Assembly: GCA_965204745.1 (NCBI GenBank)
Contig: OZ242010.1
Span: forward strand, 1,184,001-1,248,000
Source of the DNA: Candidatus Latescibacterota bacterium
GTDB taxonomy: Bacteria > Latescibacterota > UBA2968
Direction: 5' to 3'
DNA length: 64,000 bases
Part shown: positions 56,800 through 64,000 of the stretch, piece by piece
Position numbering within the stretch: the first letter of the stretch is position 1
Layout: each line of letters begins with the position of its first letter
Notes under the pieces: model-generated
The model's database searches: none
The model's input: only the letters and a program-made list of their open reading frames with translations
Told to the model about the DNA's origin: nothing
Program-made: the position numbers and the translations under genes

Positions 56800-58341
56800 C
56801 TATCGTGCGGGGTAATCGTCAAAATCGCGTGCGGGATCATCGCTGATCACTTGGGGCGCGTACAGGGGCGCGTCGGCCTCGACCAATTTGCCATCGGCCC
56901 GCAAGATCTGATTGGGCGTGTGCATCTTGACCCGCGCCGGATACTTGGCGCGCAACTCGGCGGTCTGCCGCACGCGGAGGGCCTCCACCTCGTCAAAATC
57001 AAACCCATCCATCGCCGCATCTCGCAACGCCTTCAACGCCGCATTGTCCGGATCGGCCTTCAACAAATTGTGCTGTTCATCCGGATCGCTCTCCATATCA
57101 AAAGCCAAATCCTCGCAACCCCGAAACGCGATGTACTTGTATTGTTGCGAGCGAATCATCCGAAACTCCGTGCCAGCACCCCAGCGCGGATTCGGCGATT
57201 CGGTAATCACCCCGACGCGGTCGTCGAGCGCGGCACTCGATCCCCCCTTCAACACCGCCGTCAAATCCACGCCGTCCAACCCATCCGGGCGATCCAACCC
57301 CGCCAAGCCGCAAAGCGTGGGGAACAAATCCGCAAGGCCAACCGGCATACGCACCTCCCGCGCATCCAAACTGCGGTCGCGATGTTCGGGCAACGACACG
57401 ATCAGCGGCACATGCGCGGCGGCTTCGTGCCACGTATTTTTCCACCAAATACCGTGCTCGCCCGCCAACTCCCCGTGGTCAGATGTATAGACGATCACCG
57501 TATTGTCCAAAAACCCATCGCGGTCGAGCAGAGCGAGAAAATCGCCCAAAAGTTCATCCAAAAAATCGACCGCCGCAAAATACGCCGCCCGCGCCTTGAG
57601 CATCTCATCCTCGCCGATCTCGGCTGTGCGAAACCCCTTGATCGCGCCCACGGTCATCGGATGATCCGCGCTATCGCCCGTGCGTTCCACCCAGGGCCGG
57701 GTCACGCCATCCGGATAATAGCGGTCGAAAAACCGCTTGGGCGCGGTCAGCGGGAAGTGCGGTCGGCTAAAGGACGTATAGACCAGCCACGGCGTGTCGG
57801 GCTTGGCATGCCGGTGTTCGCGCAACCACGCGAGCGACTCGCGTGCGATCATATTTTCCTGCAAAAGCGACTCGGGCACCTCGCTGATGCCCGCATCGAC
57901 CGTGCGCGTTCGCAACCCATCGCCCGTCTTTTCCAACGGATCGGGCTGATGCGAACACGGGCCGCCAAAATCGCCGTAGGGCCGCGCGCCAAACCCGGCG
58001 TGTTGCAATGACCCGCCCAAATGCGTCTTGCCCACCACGGCGGTCTCGTACCCATTCGCCTGAAAATGACTGCCAAAGGTCGGCAAATTCGGGTCGAGAA
58101 TGGATCCATTGCTCCACGCGCCACACCGATGGGCATGCCGCCCGGTCAGCATGGCAATGCGACTCGGCGTACACAGCGGCATCTGGCAATACGCCGCATC
58201 GAAATGTACGCCCCGCGCGATCAAATCATCCAACACAGGCGTCTGACAGGGTTCGCCCCCTCGCGCTCGGCTCCGCGCTGACAAAAAGCGAAAACTGTGT
58301 TCATCGCTGTGCAAAATCAGGACATTCGGACGTTCAGACAT
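56800..58341 (-). CDS. Formylglycine-dependent sulfatase (choline-sulfatase-like)
   Basis: CTPSRIAMLTG, GKTH, PHFP, SDHGE, WWKN. Confidence 0.9.
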   Translation of the reverse strand: MSERPNVLILHSDEHSFRFLSARSRARGGEPCQTPVLDDLIARGVHFDAAYCQMPLCTPSRIAMLTGRHAHRCGAWSNGSILDPNLPTFGSHFQANGYETAVVGKTHLGGSLQHAGFGARPYGDFGGPCSHQPDPLEKTGDGLRTRTVDAGISEVPESLLQENMIARESLAWLREHRHAKPDTPWLVYTSFSRPHFPLTAPKRFFDRYYPDGVTRPWVERTGDSADHPMTVGAIKGFRTAEIGEDEMLKARAAYFAAVDFLDELLGDFLALLDRDGFLDNTVIVYTSDHGELAGEHGIWWKNTWHEAAAHVPLIVSLPEHRDRSLDAREVRMPVGLADLFPTLCGLAGLDRPDGLDGVDLTAVLKGGSSAALDDRVGVITESPNPRWGAGTEFRMIRSQQYKYIAFRGCEDLAFDMESDPDEQHNLLKADPDNAALKALRDAAMDGFDFDEVEALRVRQTAELRAKYPARVKMHTPNQILRADGKLVEADAPLYAPQVISDDPARDFDDYPAR

Positions 58342-58362
58342 AAATCCTCCGAAAATAAAACA

Positions 58363-58389
58363 GGGCTTTTAACCAGAAGCTAAAAGCCC
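58363..58389 (-). terminator. Hairpin downstream of tRNA-His
   Basis: GGGCTTTTA...TAAAAGCCC inverted repeat followed by a T-rich tract on the minus strand. Confidence 0.55.
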
Positions 58390-58405
58390 AACGCATTGCA
58401 AAAAT

Positions 58406-58483
58406 TGGGGTGAGTGAGGGGATTTGAACCCCCGACCTCCTGGGCCACAACCAGGCGCTCTGACCGACTGAGCTACACCCACC
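58406..58483 (-). tRNA. tRNA-His(GTG)
   Basis: Reverse complement G-GTGGGTGTAGCTCAGTCGGTCAGAGCGCCTGGTTGTGG...TTCAAATC...CACTCACCCCA with G-1 and CCA. Confidence 0.95.
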
Positions 58484-58491
58484 ACACAGAA

Positions 58492-58565
58492 CACTCCCGG
58501 CAGGGCTCGAACCTGCGACCTACTGCTTAGAAGGCAGTTGCTCTATCCAGCTGAGCTACGGGAGC
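58492..58565 (-). tRNA. tRNA-Arg(TCT)
   Basis: Reverse complement GCTCCCGTAGCTCAGCTGGATAGAGCAACTGCCTTCTAAGCAG...TTCGAGCC; CCA not encoded. Confidence 0.95.
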
Positions 58566-58599
58566 AAAAATCAAACAAAGGTCATATCTCGTGCGGAGA

Positions 58600-58628
58600 A
58601 AAGTATCAAATTGAACGAGAAGTGTCAA
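58600..58628 (-). promoter_or_regulatory. Putative sigma70 promoter of the tRNA-Arg/His pair
   Basis: TTGACA-17 bp-TACTTT on the minus strand. Confidence 0.55.
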
Positions 58629-58770
58629 GCAAATGTTTTTCAACTTGACAACTCCCTTTTGCCTGATAATATTCTCTCCCATCGTTGCCCCTACACCGCC
58701 AAAATGCCGGTGGGGATGAACATCGTCACCCATTCCGCTGATTCGCTTCTTCCGAACAGACCAACCACCC

Positions 58771-60114
58771 ATGCTCGACCTCCGATTCCTCGAAGAAGGC
58801 AAGGCCATTCGGGACCCGATATGGGGCTATATTCACATCCCGTCCGATTTTGTCGGCCTCGTCGATGCCGAAGAATTTCAACGCCTGCGCGACATATCGC
58901 AACTCGGGCATGTTCTGCTCGTGTATCCCGGCGCACGGCATTCGCGTTTTGAACACGCCTTGGGCGTGTTTCACGTTGCCGGGCACTTCCTCAAACAGTT
59001 GCTCAAATCGCCGCACCCGCCAGCTATCGACCTCGAGGACGTGCGCGTGTTGCTCGCGGCGAGTTTGTTGCACGACATCGGGCATTATCCCTTTTCGCAT
59101 CTGCTCGAAGAAATGCAGATGTTTTTTATTCAACACGAAACTCGGGGGCGGCACCTCATCGAAGACGCGAGCACGGAAGTCCACGCCGCGTTGCTCAACG
59201 CCGGCATCTCGCCCCTGCGCGTTGCAAATGTCATCGACTACCAAACGCGCACCATTCCGGCCCGGGATGCGCGCCTAGCCCACATTCTCAGCGGCACGCT
59301 CGATCCGGACAAAATCGACTATCTCTTGCGAGACGCGCGCTATTGCGGCGTGCCCTTTGGCGAAAGCGTGAACAGAGATCGCTTGTTGTCCTCGATTACA
59401 TACCACCGCGCAACCCAACGCCCGGCCATTACGCACAAGGGCGTATCCGCGGTCGAAGCCCTCATCTTTACCAATTATCTGATGTATCGCAATGTCTATT
59501 GGCACCACGCGGTGCGCTCGGCCAGCGCGATGTTCAAGCGCGGCACCCAAGACCTGTTGGCGCATCCCAAGTGCGCGTTGACGGAAAGCGACTTTGACCG
59601 CGCCACCGAAGCCGATTTGCTCCACCGCCTCAAAGAAGAACACGCCGCACTCGGCATCGACCATCGCGCCTGCCTGATCGGCCGGCTCAAAAGGCGCAAA
59701 CTCTTCAAAGTCGCCCGCATGTTCTTTCCCCATCAATGCGCGCAAAATCTCATGCGGTTGTTCGGTCAACTCTACTACGCGCCCGATCGACGCCGCGAAC
59801 TCGAAAGGGCCTTTTGCGCCCGTGTCGCCTCCAAGTGCGATCTCGACCTCTGCGGCGATGAAATCCTCTTGGACATTCCCCGCTTGGGCAAAAGCCCAGA
59901 AGTCGATCTCAAGGTCTTTTTTGACGCCAACATTCCCGTCGATAAACCCGAACCCCTGAGCTTTGACGACCCAGAGGTCTCCCTGCTCAAAAATTATCTG
60001 ATCGACAACTTTGAAGCCCAAGCCCGCGTGGTCCGCATCTTCTGCGACGACATGCCCACGCTCCGCCGCGCCGTGCGCGATGAAGCCCCGGCCTTCCTCG
60101 AAAGTTGGGCGTAG
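58771..60114 (+). CDS. HD-domain dNTP triphosphohydrolase-like protein (SAMHD1/YwfO-like)
   Basis: RDPIWG, FQRLRDISQLG, HSRFEH, LLHDIGHYPFSH, DKIDYLLRD. Confidence 0.9.
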   Translation: MLDLRFLEEGKAIRDPIWGYIHIPSDFVGLVDAEEFQRLRDISQLGHVLLVYPGARHSRFEHALGVFHVAGHFLKQLLKSPHPPAIDLEDVRVLLAASLLHDIGHYPFSHLLEEMQMFFIQHETRGRHLIEDASTEVHAALLNAGISPLRVANVIDYQTRTIPARDARLAHILSGTLDPDKIDYLLRDARYCGVPFGESVNRDRLLSSITYHRATQRPAITHKGVSAVEALIFTNYLMYRNVYWHHAVRSASAMFKRGTQDLLAHPKCALTESDFDRATEADLLHRLKEEHAALGIDHRACLIGRLKRRKLFKVARMFFPHQCAQNLMRLFGQLYYAPDRRRELERAFCARVASKCDLDLCGDEILLDIPRLGKSPEVDLKVFFDANIPVDKPEPLSFDDPEVSLLKNYLIDNFEAQARVVRIFCDDMPTLRRAVRDEAPAFLESWA

Positions 60115-60233
60115 GTCGCCTTTTCATCCACCCTCTTGTATCTTTGGGCGAGCACGGGGCATCGCCCCTACATGCCTTGATCGCCTTTTGTGCCTTTTGT
60201 GGCTAAACTTCCATCTCACCATTGGATTCTCGC

Positions 60234-61166
60234 ATGAAAAAACAGCTAACTTTTATGGTCGTCTCGCATCCCTCAGGTCGCGTCAAAGAACGCCGGTTGT
60301 CGCGGCTCGCGTTTCTCGTCATGTCGAGCGCGGCAGTGCTCGCTTTTTGCGCGCTGCTCTCGCTCGCATTCGGCTTTGTCGGCAGCATCGATCAGCGGGG
60401 AAGGCTCGCTGCACTCCAGAAGGAAAACGCCGCGCTCCAACGCCAACTCGTCGTCGTCAAAGAAGAGATGGAAACCATGCGGCAGCACATGGATGAGTTG
60501 ATCGCAAAAGACCGCATCATGCGCGCCTGGGTTGACTTGGCAGAACCGCGTGTTCGGCAAATCGGGATCGGCGGCGGCGATGCCATCCCGCCAGAGTGGG
60601 AAAACGCGGTTTCAGCCGAGGTCTCCGATCAGCTGATTCAGACGCACACCGACATGGATCAACTCCTGCGCGAGGCGCGGTTCCTAAAAGCGAGTTTTGA
60701 TACGATTTTGTCCGTGCTCGGCAAAGACACGAAAATGCGCCGCCACATCCCTTCGATCACCCCGGTCGTGGCGGAAAATCCGCGCATATCCTCGGGCTTT
60801 GGCATCCGCCGCGATCCCTTCACGGGCCGCAGGCAATTTCACAATGGCATCGACTACCCCGGTCGCATCGGCACGCCCATCGTCGCCACAGCCGACGGGG
60901 TCATCGACAAAATTGACCGCAACAATCGCTTGGGCTGGTACGTGGCCATCGCGCACGGCTATGGCTTGCGTACCGTGTATGGACACCTCAACCGCAAGCC
61001 CCACATCGCGGTGGGCGACCGCGTCAAACGCGGGCAAAAAATCGGCGAGATGGGCAGAACCGGACGCGCCACCGCGTCGCACCTCCACTACGCAGTCAGC
61101 AAAAATGGCAAAGCCGAAAACCCCATGAATTACATCTTCGACCAAAAAACGGGGTTCCTGTTTTGA
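60234..61166 (+). CDS. M23 family metallopeptidase
   Basis: TM anchor, coiled coil, HNGID, YGHL, HLHY. Confidence 0.9.
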   Translation: MKKQLTFMVVSHPSGRVKERRLSRLAFLVMSSAAVLAFCALLSLAFGFVGSIDQRGRLAALQKENAALQRQLVVVKEEMETMRQHMDELIAKDRIMRAWVDLAEPRVRQIGIGGGDAIPPEWENAVSAEVSDQLIQTHTDMDQLLREARFLKASFDTILSVLGKDTKMRRHIPSITPVVAENPRISSGFGIRRDPFTGRRQFHNGIDYPGRIGTPIVATADGVIDKIDRNNRLGWYVAIAHGYGLRTVYGHLNRKPHIAVGDRVKRGQKIGEMGRTGRATASHLHYAVSKNGKAENPMNYIFDQKTGFLF

Positions 61167-61379
61167 GACTTGGAGTCAGATCGATGCCGATCCTTCACCC
61201 GAACGGTCAAGCGCGCCATCCGCGCCGAAACACCGCGCGACGAGATCGCGTTGGATAAGCCGAGACCGCAACAAGCCCCCGGAATTTTGCACAGTGCTCA
61301 ATGCGGATCCCGACGATGTGGAATCGTTCCTATTCATGGGCGGCCTGACCGATCCCAAGAAGACCGATTTTTACTTTGA

Positions 61380-61452
61380 ATGCGAATTAAGAGTAGAAAG
61401 CGAGTAAGAAGCAAGCCGCGGTCAATCTCCCAAAGACATGAACGAGTAAGCC
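61380..61452 (-). mobile_element. Isolated 3' end fragment of the IS982 element
   Basis: ATGCGAATTAAGAGTAGAAAGCGAGTAAGAAGC... nearly identical to 35273-35345. Confidence 0.88.
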
Positions 61453-61462
61453 ATCCTACGAC

Positions 61463-62272
61463 CTAATCATTCAAATTCTCCACCACCGCCAAAGGCGTCG
61501 CCGCAAAAAGCCCTGCATCCACGGGAATGACCACCCCGGATATCCAACGCGATTCGTCGCTGCCCAAAAACACCGCTGTCCACGCGATATCCCACGCATT
61601 GCCCTCTGTGCCGAGCGGGGCAATTTTTCGTCGGTTCTCCCGTTTTTCTCTTGGCAGGTGCGCCACAAAAGTCGTGTGGATATGCCCGGGCGCAATGCAG
61701 TTGACGCGCACATTCTCCCGGCCGTGATGCACTGCTGCCAGCCGCGTCAGGGTGATGATCCCGCCCTTGGCAACGCCGTAGGGCACATTGTGGGAATACC
61801 CCGCGCGCATGCCGTCGATCGACGAAATATTGATGACCGAACCCCCGCCGGACGCCGCCATCATGGGAATGGCGTACTTGCACAAGAACGCCATGCTCTT
61901 AAGCCCCACATTCATCATGCGATCCCAACTCTCTTCCTTGATCTCCGTGACCATGCCCGGGGCATACGCCCCCACATTGTTGAAGAGAATATCCAACGTG
62001 CCGTAGTGCTCAACTGCGGCCGCCACAATGGCCCGACACTGATCCGGCTTTGACACATCGGCGATGGCGATCTCCGCGTCGCCGCCCTCTGCTCGAATCG
62101 TCCTGCGAGTCCGATCCGCGTTTTCCCTGTCGATATCCGCCAAGATGACCTTCGCGCCTTCCCGCGCAAACAGCACAGCCGTCGCGCTTCCGGTGCCGCG
62201 CAATGCCCTATCCGCCACCTCGCGCGTACCCGCCCCGGTCACAATGGCGACCTTGTCCTTCAAGCGATCCAT
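61463..62272 (-). CDS. SDR family oxidoreductase
   Basis: VAIVTGAG, NNVG, NISS, YGVAKGG, VNCIAPG. Confidence 0.92.
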   Translation of the reverse strand: MDRLKDKVAIVTGAGTREVADRALRGTGSATAVLFAREGAKVILADIDRENADRTRRTIRAEGGDAEIAIADVSKPDQCRAIVAAAVEHYGTLDILFNNVGAYAPGMVTEIKEESWDRMMNVGLKSMAFLCKYAIPMMAASGGGSVINISSIDGMRAGYSHNVPYGVAKGGIITLTRLAAVHHGRENVRVNCIAPGHIHTTFVAHLPREKRENRRKIAPLGTEGNAWDIAWTAVFLGSDESRWISGVVIPVDAGLFAATPLAVVENLND

Positions 62273-62297
62273 AACTAGTCCTTTCAACGCCCACCAT

Positions 62298-62453
62298 TCA
62301 AATCAAACAAATCGCCGGTTCGCACCCGCGCGGCTTGTGCATGTCCTCCGGAACCGGCGGCAACTCCTCCGCCTCGCCGAGGGTGACTTGCGACATCTTC
62401 TCCGCCACTGCCGCGGCAAAGTTTTGCAACGCCGCGTGGATTGAATGATTCAT
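62298..62453 (-). pseudogene. 51-aa head-to-tail remnant resembling a type ISP restriction-modification enzyme
   Basis: MNHSIHAALQNFAAAVAEKMSQVTLGE joined to AEELPPVPEDMHKP; resemblance is from recall. Confidence 0.4.
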
Positions 62454-62485
62454 TTTATGGTTCCAAAGCCAGCGTGTGGTATAGA

Positions 62486-63016
62486 TTATCTCTCCAGTAC
62501 CTTTTTCCGAAACTGCTCGTACGCATCATACACATCTTCTGGATCCGGAACAACCGGCATCGCACGAACCCGACCGTGTGCATACCAATTCCGAAACCTG
62601 AAGTACCCCTTGGTCGCCGAGCAAACCCGCTGAAACGCCGCATCAATGTCGCTGAAACAGTCCCGCAATTTGTCGAATATCCGCTCGAGGGGTATCCGAC
62701 GACACGCCAGAGATGACCGTTTGGCAACTTGACGAGTCTCGCGGCGATATTCCAGACACAAATCGCGATACGCCTTGCTTACTACATCGCGTCTTTTTCT
62801 TCTCAAAGATATGAGAAAATTCTGTCGGACATCTGCCTCCAAAAGCGCAAGGAGCTTAAATGCGTAATCCTTGCGGATCTCCTCGAGCAACTCAGCGCGT
62901 AATTCCTCGCGCTCAGTTGGCGTAAAAGACTCGAAATGCGCGTCGCTCAGACCGCGCACATTTTGTCGAAGAAAGTGGTACCATTCGAGCAAGGAATCGC
63001 AAGTGAACTCACTCAT
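62486..63016 (-). CDS. Putative HEPN-family RNase
   Basis: All-helical, LLALLEADVR early motif and FRNWYAHG (R-X4-H). Confidence 0.65.
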   Translation of the reverse strand: MSEFTCDSLLEWYHFLRQNVRGLSDAHFESFTPTEREELRAELLEEIRKDYAFKLLALLEADVRQNFLISLRRKRRDVVSKAYRDLCLEYRRETRQVAKRSSLACRRIPLERIFDKLRDCFSDIDAAFQRVCSATKGYFRFRNWYAHGRVRAMPVVPDPEDVYDAYEQFRKKVLER

Positions 63017-63485
63017 ATTCTTCTTCCAAAAACGCGACCAAAAATTCCTCAAAAGTCACTTTATTGAACGACCACCGCCGCACGGGTTTTCCGTATCTCC
63101 CCTCGCGCCGTGCAAACGCCCACTCGCCATTTCCGCTGTGCAACAGCATTGCGAGCGGGGTATTTCCCGCGGTGATATCGACCCTGCCTCGAGATCCGAT
63201 AACGAGATATGCAACCGGCCTGATCGCGAGAATCTGTCTGTCCAAAAAAACGAGACGCAACGCGGGGACTTCGTACTCTCCAAACTGATCCTCCCAAATC
63301 GAAACGGTCTCCCATTGAATCTCGAGATAGCCCTCGTCCTCGAGGGGTTGCAACCACTCGTTTATCCTCAACAAGAGGGTTTTGCAGTGGGCGATCCACT
63401 TTTGGCAAAGCGCACGCTCACGGAGATATTTGGCTTTCAGTCGCTTCCGTTTTTGTGCCAGCACTTCCTCGAGTCGCGTGGACAT
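63009..63485 (-). CDS. Hypothetical protein coupled to the HEPN-like gene
   Basis: RBS AAGGAG, 8-bp overlap with the next gene, GEYEVPAL...IGSRGRVDI. Confidence 0.7.
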   Translation of the reverse strand: MSTRLEEVLAQKRKRLKAKYLRERALCQKWIAHCKTLLLRINEWLQPLEDEGYLEIQWETVSIWEDQFGEYEVPALRLVFLDRQILAIRPVAYLVIGSRGRVDITAGNTPLAMLLHSGNGEWAFARREGRYGKPVRRWSFNKVTFEEFLVAFLEEEYE

Positions 63486-63529
63486 TTGTCTCTCCTTTGT
63501 CTCTATCGAAGGGCACGCCCCTTTTGGTG

Positions 63530-63901
63530 CTAAAAGTCGTACCTAAAATCCTCTGCCACCCGCTCTCGATCAATCACCCTCACCAAGGTATAGGCATAGC
63601 GTCCGACATCTTGGATCTCCGTGCCGCGATCTGTCAGCTTGACCTCGAGGGTATAGATAAAGCCAGGCACATGCACAAATCCCTCTATCTCTTCGTAAAA
63701 GAACTCCCACTTGCCCGCGGCTTCGTTTCTCGCGATGAGGCACTCTTTTTTGAAAGCCCCTTGACATGTCAGCCTTTCAGGCCCGATCACCAGTCTCTCT
63801 TCGGGAGATGTAGATGGATTGGACATACAACCCGCGAGCAAGATCGCGACCGTGAGGCAAAGGGCTTTTGGGCCGCAAATTTTGGTATCCCGAATCATCA
63901 T
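63530..63901 (-). CDS. DUF4377-like lipoprotein
   Basis: LAGC lipobox; C..CL..W..FY..IEGF...PGF.Y.L. Confidence 0.75.
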   Translation of the reverse strand: MMIRDTKICGPKALCLTVAILLAGCMSNPSTSPEERLVIGPERLTCQGAFKKECLIARNEAAGKWEFFYEEIEGFVHVPGFIYTLEVKLTDRGTEIQDVGRYAYTLVRVIDRERVAEDFRYDF

Positions 63902-64000
63902 CTGCCTCCTTTGGCCCCTCCTCGCAACGGGGGTTAGGTATCGTGTTCGTGAAGTTGCGTTTTGGCAACGCCATCTGCGATTGGGGTACTCAATAATAAC

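Noticed and set aside
61170-61379. Possible gene fragment before the IS982 end
   Set aside because: Looks coding-like but no family or frame could be assigned with confidence

Overview
This is a gene-dense bacterial window with high-GC coding sequence and several AT-richer accessory inserts. The gene mix (GWxTD/TPR proteins, DUF6785-type membrane protein, sulfatases, dockerin-like secreted protein, many decayed TA and RM genes) suggests a Latescibacterota/Gemmatimonadota-like organism, possibly a sponge symbiont; this is inference only. Core functions include a polyamine-type ABC transporter with two binding proteins, pyrH, purD, purE, hrcA-grpE-dnaJ, glnA, pcm, 5-formyl-THF cyclo-ligase, speE-like genes and four tRNAs (Cys, Leu, His, Arg). 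A defence islet around tRNA-Cys/tRNA-Leu holds a HEAT-repeat-fused DNA methyltransferase, a fused type IIG-like RM enzyme and an ABC-ATPase plus small nuclease-like pair. Elsewhere are an orphan m4C methyltransferase, MNT-HEPN modules, a HEPN-motif protein with an unknown partner, and an intact IS982 interrupting a PhyH-type dioxygenase. The most unusual signals are: (i) IS5-derived non-autonomous elements whose internal palindromes are reciprocally filled or empty for a ~35-bp module; (ii) a recurrent set of short scars of deleted defence genes; (iii) a secreted protein with a temptin-like domain carrying a CxxCH motif. All family assignments come from motif recognition, not database searches.
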